Under the pieces are notes generated by a model. That model searched no databases. It saw only the letters and a program-made list of their open reading frames with translations, and was not told where the DNA came from. Source: Balanoglossus misakiensis (taxonomy: Eukaryota > Animalia > Hemichordata). From it: a stretch of DNA of 64,000 nucleotides. Where the stretch lies: contig CM082596.2 in assembly GCA_040954595.2 (NCBI GenBank), forward strand, positions 5,282,791-5,346,790. Direction: 5' to 3'. The position numbers and the translations under genes are program-made. Of the stretch, positions 1-12,073 are shown one piece after another; position 1 is the first letter of the stretch, and each line of letters starts with the position of its first letter.

Positions 1-1
1 C

Positions 2-1252
2 TTCGAGGCCGCTTCCAATTGGTTGAACTACGACCACGACACGCGCTGGGGCTACCTCGACGAGCTGATGGAGTGCGTGCGCTTTCCGCTCCTCCACGAG
101 TCCTTCCTCCGGGACATCATGGAGCAGCAGTCGTTCATCCTGAAGTCCGGGATGCTGAGGGAGAAGCTGGAGGTGGCCATCAAGACCAAGCAGGTGATTT
201 CGTCGGTCAGCGAAGCTTGCAGCGAGAAGTGCCGGCCGAGGAACTCCATGAATCAGGACTTGATCTTCGTGTTGACACGGGCGCTGGACGGTTCAGCGGG
301 GCCTCGCTGTGCGTTCCTCGGGCTCTCCGACCACGCGGTACATCACGTCAATGCGACCAGCGGCACCCTACCCCCCGGCCTGTCGCGGTTCACCATCATA
401 GCCAAAGACACGGACATCTACGTGATCGGGGGCTGGGACACGGACCACGACGTGGCCTGCCAGTCGACGTGGAAGTACAGCGTCACCAAGAACGCGTGGA
501 TCCGCTGCGCCGATCTCAACGTCGCGCGCTACGACGTGGCCGTCGGAATCATGGACGACTACATATACGCCATCGGCGGACAGATCGGCTCCATAGATAT
601 CACTCACCCGGTCGCCGACGTGGAACGATACGACATCGAGAGCGATGAGTGGACGGAAGTTGAGCCGCTGCCGTCCCCGCTCAACAAGCCCGTGGTGACG
701 GTGTATAAAGATAGACTCTTTGCCATGGACGCCGGAAGCCACTCCAAAGTGATCCGCACGCTGCTGGTCTACTACAGCTACACGGGACTGTGGGGCATGG
801 TTCCCGCCGGCGTGGGACTGATGAACATGCGCTACATCGAGCACCTCATGACGTTGAACAACTCCATCCTCTGCTGGGGGCTGTACGACGGCGAGGGCTG
901 CCAGCTGGCGTACAACGCTTTCCAGAAGTTCAACGCGGAGAACTTCCCGCCGAGGCGCGGCGGCCTGCTGGTGCGCCACCCTCCGTTGGTCTCCCCGCGA
1001 CTGCAGCATCCGGCGAAGTACGAACCCGTCAATCAGGTGGGACTGGCCATGAACGACGACTCGGTGTTCGTCATCAGCGACGCCCAGGCCAGGAGGGGCC
1101 GGCACTTGCTGATAGACAAGTACAACCCGCGCACGAGTGACTGGGACGAGCAGATCGAGATCAGCACACCCCTGTCCAAGGGCATCACGTCGGGGCTTCA
1201 GTGCGTGGTCTACAAAGGCTACATTGCCAAGCCGTGGAAGCATGAAAATTAA
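2..1252 (+). CDS. Kelch-like (BTB-BACK-Kelch) protein, 3' part; 5' end lies upstream of the window
   Basis: Open frame from base 2: FEAASNWLNYDHDTRWGYLDELMECVRFPLL (end of a BACK domain), then kelch repeats (IYVIGGWD...W, IYAIGGQ...VERYDIESDEW). GC-rich codon usage, TAA at 1250-1252, long AT-rich 3' region. Confidence 0.9.
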   Translation, partial: FEAASNWLNYDHDTRWGYLDELMECVRFPLLHESFLRDIMEQQSFILKSGMLREKLEVAIKTKQVISSVSEACSEKCRPRNSMNQDLIFVLTRALDGSAGPRCAFLGLSDHAVHHVNATSGTLPPGLSRFTIIAKDTDIYVIGGWDTDHDVACQSTWKYSVTKNAWIRCADLNVARYDVAVGIMDDYIYAIGGQIGSIDITHPVADVERYDIESDEWTEVEPLPSPLNKPVVTVYKDRLFAMDAGSHSKVIRTLLVYYSYTGLWGMVPAGVGLMNMRYIEHLMTLNNSILCWGLYDGEGCQLAYNAFQKFNAENFPPRRGGLLVRHPPLVSPRLQHPAKYEPVNQVGLAMNDDSVFVISDAQARRGRHLLIDKYNPRTSDWDEQIEISTPLSKGITSGLQCVVYKGYIAKPWKHEN

Positions 1253-4200
1253 AGCCACCGTCTCTCCCCGATTTCAGGACTGGCATTTGCTTGATCAAAA
1301 CTGCATGTAGATCCGACATCTTTCTCCTCATACATGTAAAATGGTACACTGTTCTAACCATCTACAGATAGCTTCAAAGAGTTGATTCTTATGTGTACAG
1401 CATCAGTGTATATTTAAGTGTTGCCATGGTAATATCATATATAGTAGTGTACAGATTAAAAACTGTCGGTTCTTATTTTATGAAGTGATTCCACTTCTGA
1501 AAATAATGGCTAAATTGTGAGGTTCTTTACCAAAACTAGTACTTATAGTTTCTTTGAAGTGTTTGTGTTTATGTACATAATTTTGCATGTACATAATTAG
1601 ATGTTGACTCACTGGTGGTTGAAAGAAGAGATGATCTGTACGTCTCATGAGGTCACATCAGTGTTTGTGTATACAATGATAGTGCAGTGTCCGATATTGG
1701 AATGTGACCTATGCGTACCAAAACATACCTAGTCTAGAACAAAGGACAAATTATATAGGGAAACAAATATTTTGGTAATAATGCTGACTACGTGTGAAAA
1801 ATCATAACTACTATTGCGTCATTGATACTTTACCCAGAACAGGACCATAAATACCTTATCTACGCATACCTTGCACGGTTCCGTGCATTTGTAATGTTTA
1901 CATAGTCACTGCCCATTGACGTGTCTTTTTGTTTGCAGTCCTATATCTCTCCGAGTTCCGTCTAATCTTTGTTTTTCTGTCATTTATATATCGTGGCCAT
2001 GAAATGCATTTGGAAAACATTCAAATATGCTTTACATATATGCTTTACAAAGAGTGAGTTACGTGTGGTAAAACTAACGTCCCCCATGCATAAGTACAGG
2101 TTTGGCGTTCCAAAGTAATTTTTAACCAACTCCTTGTCAAAACCCAAAATGTGCATCACGATTGTTTGCGATACTTGGCAGCATTTACACCAACGCTTTG
2201 TTCACTTGAAACATTTGTATTTATTTATTTTATTTAAACCATTTTTCTTTTTCTTGTATTGTTTATTTATTTAATATCAATAGAATATTAATAATAATGT
2301 AGTGAGAGTTAAAGCCCTGAAAGTAAATATTACTATTTGCACGTTTGAGTAAGTTTAGAATCTTTGCCCCTATGTGACACTGTACTATTGAAGCCAAATT
2401 ACAAGATGTTGTGTACACCTATTGGTTTGCATGACACAACCACACACAACTTCCATCCCACTTGTAGACTCGAGAGTGAAAAACTCGCCAAAATGAATAA
2501 TCGGTGTTTACCATTTATTCATTTTGGCTGACAAACAGAATGGAAGTTGAGTGTGGTTAAACGTTGATTCACTATATATCCACATGTAAAATGACATAAG
2601 CACTGTCTTGTATCAAACATAATCAATGGAATAGGGGCAGCGAGAGAGAGACTTTGTCCCTTTAAGAGGCTTCGTGTGGTTGACATTTGTGTTGAATATT
2701 TGCCTGAATGCTTTTTGTATATTCCAGAGTATTGCAAGATGTATTTTTTATTTCTGACCAAAAAGAGATCTATTTCTGTAATTTAAAGAAATAACTTATT
2801 TTGTTATCTTTTTTTTGTAAGTTGCGTTTGAAAAAGTTACATTAATATTGAAACCTTTGCACTTGTTTTATGTAGTCTCCCAGCATTCTTTGCTGTACCG
2901 TTGAGATGTAATCATGAACGAGGTAGAATTTACCACCGATGCATCGCAGTTGTTGTTGTTGAACAATTATCACAAATGCCGTAAAGTGGCATTGATTTTT
3001 ACTTGTTTATGCAGTGGTTTGCAATTTTAGCTGATAACTAGATCTGCTGAGTAAAATTGATTCACATCTACCGGTATAAAGGAACAGATAGATCGCAGAT
3101 GATGATGCAGATAATGCCAATCCTCATGACAGGAGTTGGTCTGATTGTACAGGCCTAGTTAATGAGTTGTGTGGAAAATGTAGCTTTACTCAGACATGTT
3201 CAAATTACACCATTTTGCTGTAATGTTGTAATAAAGCTGTGTTACAATGATAACTTGCTTTTGTGTCTGATAATTTCTACGTAGGATTGTCTTTGAGGAA
3301 CGCATGTAATTTGCCGTAAAAGGGTGCCTGATTACGACGATGGTGTTTATGAAATATCGCCCTCTGTCGATAAAAACAAAAGAATCGGGGAAAAACAAAA
3401 GAACTCTCCCTACGCTGCTAACACAGACCCCTGAATCGTTTAACATTTTAAACAACATACTGTTTGAGACAACAGTTGCTTTTATACATCCTCGAATAAT
3501 TGGAAATGTTGATACTCGTCATGAGATCCTATTATCTCAGGACATTTACATGTACATGTGACGATAATGTACATGGGACATTCACATGGAAATCCGTATG
3601 ATGGGAAGCAGGAAAGACTTATATTTGAACTCTGAAATAGAGATACCATTTGCCTCTTTCCTTTGACGATTCAGCACTACATTGCTAAAAGAATTTGCAA
3701 TCGATTATGACTAGGACTTCAGTATACTGTAGAACCGATCTGACTGCATCAAATATGGACTCTCACGAAGTGAATAACATTGGAATTAGCAATACATAGA
3801 AATTTCCTTTTTAGGTAATAGGATAGGTTGTATCGCATGCCCGATGCCGTGGCAACCAGACAACAGTGCGGTAACTATGACAACGTCAATCGGAGCGCAT
3901 TTCCTGACTACGGGGCTACATGTACTTTTTGATGGACAAGCGATGCTATTTTGTTTTCTTCTAAGTAGACATGGCAACCACGCGTTGATTGACCCAACTT
4001 CGCGAACGACCTCTGTGTTTAGCATTGAAACTCACAATGAATGCATGCACGCCGTGAGGTGGTGTTAGTCACTTCGTTGCGTGCGTAATCGAAAATTATT
4101 CCAAGAATATTTATTTACATCAGACGGGCGTTCTGTGGACATTTGGATGTGCATCGTACGCCAGCAGAACTAACCATTGCAGTTGTATGGGCGGAGCGTG

Positions 4201-4260
4201 GCGGACAATCATTCGGCATATTACATGTATAAAGCATAGATAGATTCCAGACGCCAGTAA

Positions 4261-5062
4261 GGCTGCATTCACAAACACCTCTGGAGGGGGGGGCAGGAGA
4301 ATTGAGGGGGGGATTTGAAAAAATTGAGGGTATGTAAGGGGGGGGATTTGAAATAATTTAGGGACTGAAAGGGGGGGACTTGAAAACTTTAACGACTAAA
4401 TATTTATTTTGAGTCCACAAAAATGCAGTTTCGCGCCCTTTATTTTACAAAATTTTCTAATGTGGGAGGGGGACACCCCCTCCCACACCCACCCCCTCCA
4501 TTCTTCAACACCTTTCAATCATTGACTGGTTTATCTAGTGTCCCAGGTCAGGGGACTTGCCCCACCCCATGATAACTTTGAGCGGCGACGGTTAAATTTG
4601 TCCTCCCCAACATACCGGTAGTTGAGTTAATTTGTTTTTGCCGGGTTCATTAAAATGCAGCTTTGAGCTCTGTATTTTAGAAAATTTTCTTACGTGGGAG
4701 GGGGACACCCCCTCCCAAACCCACCCCCTTCAATTCTCGGTTTACAATGTCTCCCAACACAGAATACAAATATATGTACTTAAAAAATTAAAACAATGTT
4801 CAGTTTTAATACCCACTGATGAGGGGAAACATCAGTTTCAAATTCTTTTCATGGGAGCGCTGTTTTTCTTTTTACAAGATAGATAGGTGATGTGTTTTGC
4901 TCTGTGAAAGAAAATGGGGGGGGATTTCAAAATTTTGGCAGTTCGGAAGGGGGGGATTTGAAAATATTGGCAGTTCGGAAGGGGGGCATGTGAAAATTAG
5001 CGGTAAAAAAAATTGAATTCTCCCGCCCCCCCCCCCCTCCAGAGGTGTTTGTGAATGCAGCC
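4261..5062. mobile_element. Non-autonomous PIF/Harbinger-like MITE (~800 bp)
   Basis: TIR GGCTGCATTCACAAACACCTCTGGAGGGGG... at 4261, reverse complement ending at 5062 (~45 bp similar). TAA on both flanks (4258-4260, 5063-5065). Internal GGGGGATTTGAAA repeats; no transposase ORF. Confidence 0.88.
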
Positions 5063-5311
5063 TAAGAGAGAAACAACAGAATTGGACCTATGTACAACTG
5101 CGCTTTTTGCTTGGGATTTGCTTCTAAGTCTCGCGTAAACCAACACCTCACGTACCTAACACTGTAAAAGAACAAGACTGACTGTACTTCAAGTGGCATT
5201 TCATAATGGAACGGAAAACCGGATTCCGCAAGCCGCCCGACCGTGGCGTCTCCCTCCAATGAGAAGAGATCAGTGGGAACCCGGAGCGTGCAGGGTAGGT
5301 GATTTTGTCCC

Positions 5312-8300
5312 ATGGCCGTTGTCACACTCGTCAAGGCGTGCGCCGTACGCGCTCTCTTCGCCGCGCACGGGATCGTGGCGATCTGGAGGGTGGTGGACGT
5401 CAGGGAGGACCCGTACTACTGGTTTCTACTCGTTTCTCTGCTCGGACTTGTCTGCGAAAGTACGCTGACGATGAAACTGCGCCGCGGAAAGGAGTGGAAA
5501 TGGTGAGTGTTTCCGTGATGGTTTTTTGTCAAGATTTCATTTCGATTGACAAGTGGTCAATATCACGAGCCCAGCGTTCATTTGTATCCCTGACATCGGA
5601 AAGAGTTTACAAGAAACACAATGTCTATAAAATTAATTGATGTACAGCAAGTAAAAAAATAGCCTATAGGTAATGGCAATATTCTACGACTAATTTTCCT
5701 TGGTGTAGATTACAATATATCCACGGGAAACGAACACGACGACATCGCATGTAATTGACATGGGTTCCACGTTTCCAAGAGAGTATAAGATAGACTGAAA
5801 ACGTTAAATTCACCCGTGTCAGGGGAGTTAAAACGAAACGCCTTATGCATCGTATTTTCCTACTCTAATACAATATCATTAAGCCTATACACGATGGTGT
5901 GACTGTGTACGCAAGGCTGCAAATAGTATATGTACGATCTACTCTTTGTAAAAACGCGACGTGCAGTATTCACTTGTCCAAAAGGTTGTATAAAGCACGA
6001 TCATTTACACCAAAGGCATTTAATTTTCTCTCAGCTATGAAATATCCAATTATATCTCGTGAGAGAAAACGGCGCGATTAAAGTAGGTTTACGACCTATA
6101 ACTTAAGAAGGAACCCGGAACCTTTATGCACGTTACACGTATGTAAGATTCTCAATTATACTGAAGTGCATGGTGTCAGTTACGTCACTGGTCGCGTGGT
6201 TGCGAGGGAGATGTCAGCACCGCGGATAATACACTGACACTACAGAAGAAGATACTCAGATCTAGAAAGTGTCTCAAATTAATGAAGACGAAGCGCCCTT
6301 ACGCACTCCCTGGACGGCGGCACAAACGAAGCAAGTTGTCGAGCGCATGCGTGTTTCGTTAGACACAGTTCTCGGAATTATTCTGGGAACCACTTGAAAA
6401 TTCAAGCGACATTTAAGTGTGTGGCAAATTATGTTACTGCATTGAGGTCGTCTATACCATTTTGATCCGTCAATGTTTCTAGATATTTTTCGGATATGTA
6501 TTATTGCCCACGGCAATTTTATTTTATATTATTCGATACGTCTGATTCTGTTCATGGTCGCAAAACATATGCGCGAATTTTGTAGACAAAAATGGATACT
6601 CATACTAGTAATAAATAGGCTCTATTGGTTGAAAAATTTTTTAGTCGAGGCTGTCATCTCCAGACTCTCACTTAGAATGCCATCAGATGGAAACTAACAT
6701 AAGCGTACCAGGCATATGTTGATAGGCCATTAGTCTAAACATGTGACAAGCAGATAACCGTGATTGCGACCCAAGGTGTAAAACTATCGATCACGGGAAA
6801 GTAAATCGGATTAATGACATCGACAGCCTCGGTAGACGCGGAAGTGTTCATTTGTGAACGCTGGAAAAACATTAAACTTGTTCCAATTTGTTTTGATAAT
6901 GACGGTGAAAAATCGGGTTTTGAAGTCAGTTATCTGCGGATGCAATCAATGACAGAATGTACAAGGAATCGATAACGAAACCCACCCTTGATCACAACAC
7001 GTTCTAAGAGGCAATGTCTTAGCGTATCCACATCTCGAGATTTCTTGCCTCATTTCCCTGTATACCCATACGTCTCGCGTGCCAACAGGTGATTGTCTGC
7101 TTTTGTCAGTTTGCGAAAGATTTGTCATCAAGGACACTATTTCAAATGGCGCGGAAAGACTAGAAATTATTAACACATGAATGCATATTGTGCGCTATAC
7201 TCATTTGCATGGGTCTTTTCCGCAAAGGGGTAACAAGGCCATCAAACGAAGGAGGCTATCTACAGACGTCAGTATACAGAACGTGTGGCGTTTATGCCTG
7301 CACAGATAATTCAACTCAATTTACTACCGGGATGTTAGTTCAATATTACGTCAAAATAATTATAGAGTCATCACTATACACTGACAGGATAATTTGCCGG
7401 GAATAAGTTGGCATATATCTTACCACGTCACCTGATGGTACATTCAGCGTAATCAAGTCCGTATACTTGTCTGAGGTACATTCTATTTTTGTGCGTAAGA
7501 TTCTAATACGCAATCTAATGCACGGGTAAGCTATATGACCCAAGTAAAATCCGCGGAAGATTACTTTTCTACAATGAATATCTGAGGGAAGTAGAAGCGT
7601 TTTTTTGTAATTGTATACCCATCAGCGTCAATATTTCACACGCAGCAGGTATAGGTGTTCTGTTAATAGATTTATTAGTGATAAAAGGATTATTCTCGCT
7701 GCCGGCGTCTTGAAGGAAACCGTTCTCTTTCTACGTTAAGTGGTATTTTAAATTTGTCTCTTGCATCAACTGGAGAAGTATTTTCGGAATAATCCTGTCA
7801 GTGTTTGCCTGCCAAATGATGCTTCTATACATTACTACGGACAATATCACCACTACCACCACCACCATCACGACCACCATCACAATCATCATCATTATCA
7901 TGATCATCATCAACAACAACAACGATAACATCACCACCACCACCATCATGATCATCATCAATTCCATCATTGAAATGTCTCATCTTTTCAGTCACGTCCT
8001 CATCGCTGCACTGCCATCACCAATGACGTCATCATAAGCACCACCGCCATCATTACCATACTATGGTTGACAGCAACGTTTCATTAAAAGAGAGAAAAAT
8101 TCATCAAGTTTCACGAGGCCAATTTTCTGTAATCTTTAATTTCTGATCACCGAGTGCAATAAACTGTCATTTGCATCTGTCAGTTGCCATACAAACGTTT
8201 GACAAAAGACGCAGAAAATGCTATTGCATTCCATTGTACATCAGGCTACCTGTCCGCCTCGGTGTTATTAGGCCGTTTGCCTTCGTTTTATTGATGGTAT

Positions 8301-11300
8301 TGATTCTGGGATCTGAAGCGCAAATTAGACCCAATTAAGTTGGAAGGCCATGCGTGTGTTTTTATCGTGTGGGTTTTTTCTCTCTCTAACTACCCACCGA
8401 TCGGTATTTTGACGGGCGATGCTGTCAAGGATGCGATCGCTCCTTTCCCTTGAAGGGAAATAGCTCCAAATGGACTTTTAGTTTTGTAGCGTAAACGCTA
8501 ATTAGATTTCAGAATACACTAATGCATAAATGAAGATTATAGGAAATTTGAACATATGAAATCCGTTTCTTTAAGGGTACACGTAATTAGGCCGTAGTTG
8601 CCAACTTGTGTTTTACTCCGAAGCACCGACTTTTTTAATTGCACAAAAATGGTTTAATGCATTATGTACTCTGTGTATAATTTTATCCTCAGGTTTTTTA
8701 AGTATAATACAAGAAAATGAACTGGGTTTGACTACACATTGCCAGCGACTCCCTGTTCTTGTTTGTAAAAGGCGGAAAACATGATTTTTCCTAAAAATTG
8801 AAATGCCCGTAAAGAAATCTCAAAAATAGAACTACAGGATAATACTGGTACGACACGTACGACGTTTGTCATTTAACGGAGAAGCTCAGATTGTCAGGTT
8901 GATGAACTCACAACCCTGCTTATTAATTTTCCCCGTTATTTATTTTTGCAAACCGCCGTTTTCAGTTACCGACCTCCAGTTTAAGGGTCGATTTTCCCCC
9001 TCATTAACTAGACTCTGCAATAAACGACTCCAGACAGTTGATTACACATTTGTCACATCGATGCATTCTCTCAATGACCCGTGTTATTCACGTCCCGGAA
9101 AAGGTCTCACGTTTGAAGATACATCGAACACGTTTATATTGTAGGGGTCACACAAGACGTTTAGCTGCAGTTTTGATTACGAGCAGCAAATTCCCTCTTG
9201 TTTTTTTCTGACTCAAGTTAAACCCTCTCAATAGCAATCGAGATTTCTCTAACGTGTTCTATATTATTTTCATGTAGTCCCCTTCATCAGATGCACACAT
9301 GGAATGAACAGAGAAACAGAGAATCATTGGGTATTCAAAGTAGGAAATATGTGCAGGACCAGGTGCATCAGAAAACAAAAGAATGGTTGGGTGTGAAAAT
9401 GAACAATGGAAACGTTAATGAGAATGCAAATTTGTAAATACTCTTAATTATCAGTATTAGTGATATCACAACTTGCATAACGTGTGTCTTGAACGCTTCA
9501 CAGGTTTTGCCCGAGCGTTCTGTTCTACCTGGGATCCGTACTTCCGTGCATGTGGATCATGGAATTGGTTAATCTGGAGAGGCGTCTGGAATACCGGGAC
9601 AGACACGGCATGAACAACTGTTCCCAGCTGAACGTCTTCAACAAAGACGAGGCACTCACTACAATGAACGGGGTAAGTTTTCGGGAGAAGAATTCCGAAG
9701 ATATTTTTCTCTTCTGTATACACACAACTGGCCATACGTCCAATGGAAATTTTAGTATTGCTACACCAGAACTCTATATACACACAAACGCGAACATTTG
9801 GTGGTTATTTCGTCTACAAGTGCATTTACTATGGACTGCGACAACAGTGTCGCTTTAAGATTACACACATGCCCCCATTTGCATGCACACGAATTGGAAA
9901 GCTTCGAGCGATCTCTGAGTCTGAAATGTTCAAATTTAAAGAAAAGGAAATGCCGGGGGCCTTTACAAATCTCGCAGGACTATCCTACGCTAGTTGCAAG
10001 TGAGTTGGATCGACTCTTATTATCTCAAATTTCTACAAAGTCTGATTGGAGACAGGTAATCATTACCTTACTGTGATACTATATACCGGTTAGTTCGCTT
10101 TTCGCGAAATTCGGCTCGCCACTTCTGCATGGACTAATCTTTAGTGACCGTGGAAGATTAGTTGTGCGGACGGAAATGAAAATGGGATAGTCAAATCATC
10201 AGTCCGGTCGCTCTTGTATTCGGTTTAATCTTTGTTTTCATCACAGACCCGCTGGTTTCATTAAAGCTTGTTCCATTTCCACGATTAACATGTCGAGCAG
10301 GCTGAAATCACAGTTCGTGGAATTATTTTGCATAGGATTTCCATAAGGGGGGTAGTCTATTTTTGTATTTTTCAACTGAAGTTTCGATCCTTTTCCCAAT
10401 TAACAATGTCGGGTAGCTAGGCTGAAATTACATTACATGGAATTATTTCGCATAGGATTTTCACAACGGGGTTGTCTGTTTATGTTGTTAACAACAGTTT
10501 CAATTCTTTATGAGATTATGCAAACTAATTAGATCTAATTAAATCTAAGTTGATATTGATTTCTGACTATTGCAGTTTCGCCTGCCAATAGCGTTGAAGA
10601 GTGACGAATGGGTGCTGGCTATGCAGCAACTTCTGCTTGGATTGCTCATTGTGGGGCGTTGGATACTACCGAAGGGGGAGATCACGCGAGACCAGCTGTC
10701 GCAGCTCTTGCTGGTCTACATCGGCATCGCCGCCGACATCCTGGAGTTCTCCACGGAGGCGCTGAAGGAGGAACAGGTGAAGTGCAACGAGCTGCTCATC
10801 ATCATCCTGATGGCCGTCTGGTCGTGGAGCCTGCTGCAGTTCTGCTTCGTGCTGACGGCGACCAAGGTGCGCAAGCCGCGGATGACGACGGCGCGGGCGG
10901 CGCCGCCGTCCCCGGGGTTCCACTGCTGCGAGACGGAGGTGTGGGCCATCATGCTGACGCTGGTGATGCAGGACGGGCCGTACCTGTCCACGCGCATGTA
11001 CCTGCTGGTCAGGTACCACATCGACAGCCAGATGATGGTGTTCTTCACCTGCAAGAACATGCTGGTCGTCCTGCTCCAGCTCTACCGCCTCATCGTCCTG
11101 CGGGTGGAGAAACAGTCCAAAAGCGCCCGGCGCCCGGAAACGGTGTCCTTGGCAACCATCTCGTCCGCAGACGGGAGGAGGAGGGAGCAACGTCCCGCCG
11201 ACGCGCGGGGGTTCTCGAATCTGAAAACTCACCACAACGAGATCGACGTCTCGGCTTTCATTTTGGCAGCCAAGACAGAGGAAAAGCGGAGAGTTTTGAA

Positions 11301-11361
11301 GTCTTTGGAAAACTTGCGACGCGAGAACGGGAACGTGAATCACGCCGTTGAAATCACGTGA
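5312..11361 (+). CDS. TMEM26: Transmembrane protein 26; exons 5312-5502, 9504-9672, 10576-11361
   Basis: Spliced product MAVVTLVKACAVRALFAAHG...GKEWKW/FCPSVLFYLGSVLPCMWIMEL.../...GRWILPKGEITRDQLSQLLLVYIGIAADILEF...QDGPYL..R...FFTCKN matches TMEM26 hallmarks. GT-AG junctions are phase-consistent (2, 0). Confidence 0.9.
7843..7972. repeat. Degenerate (CAC/CAT/AAC)n trinucleotide microsatellite
   Basis: accaccaccatcacgaccaccatcacaatcatcatc... in TMEM26 intron 1. Confidence 0.85.
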
Positions 11362-12026
11362 GGCTATCTCCAAATTGTCATCTTCTCGACTCCGTTAGGT
11401 ATCACTGATTCAAGTTCGTCGTACTGTCAGACATAACGAGCAGGCGCGATTGTCCATAAGACTTTGACCTTTTGATTTGTCTGCAACACATCGCCTATGG
11501 GTATACTTTGCACAAGGACAAGCACTCGGAATCCATATGAAGAAGAGGTGGCTTTGTTCAGAGAGCAGGCGACATAATATATGCAAACGTTGTATATAGC
11601 AAAGAAAAGGACACGAGGCCTGAAGGTTTATGTTCAGTAAAACCTCACGCACAACAATCGAATATCACTAAAAATTTAACATATCTCAGGACTCGACTAG
11701 GCAATCTAAAGCGGGCACAAGTACATGGACGTATTGGAGTCAAATCGTAGTCTTTATTAAAATGACAGTTTCTATTATATATATCTACGGTCACATTTAC
11801 TTGAATCCATGAAGGTATTAAACTATTTGCAATTGTCATATCAATTATCTTTTCATTCTTAGACTATAGTTCTTACGTGATTTAACAGTGTGTGTTTTCA
11901 TTCTCTCCGTAAAATTTACAGTTTTTACAATTTTATAATTAAACATTGCATTATAGGTCAGTTGGTGGGCAAAGAAATCACTAAATGCGTTAGGAAAGTT
12001 CGACAAGTACCATCTGCCTGTGACAG

Positions 12027-12073
12027 AGTCTGTCTGTCTGTATGTCTGTCTGTCTGCCTGCCTGCCTGCCTGC
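12027..12073. repeat. (CTGT)n/(CCTG)n tetranucleotide microsatellite
   Basis: gtctgtctgtctgtatgtctgtctgtctgcctgcctgcctgcctgc. Confidence 0.8.

Noticed and set aside
19-1258. Long overlapping alternative-frame and antisense ORFs over the kelch exon (also 10608-11373 and 41970-42476)
   Set aside because: Shadow ORFs caused by high GC3 in real coding exons; no recognisable domains.
7731-8037. Poly-Met/Val and poly-Thr/Ile ORFs
   Set aside because: Translations of a trinucleotide microsatellite.
10288-10482. Degenerate ~80-bp direct duplication in TMEM26 intron 2
   Set aside because: Old local duplication with no coding, structural or terminal-repeat signal.
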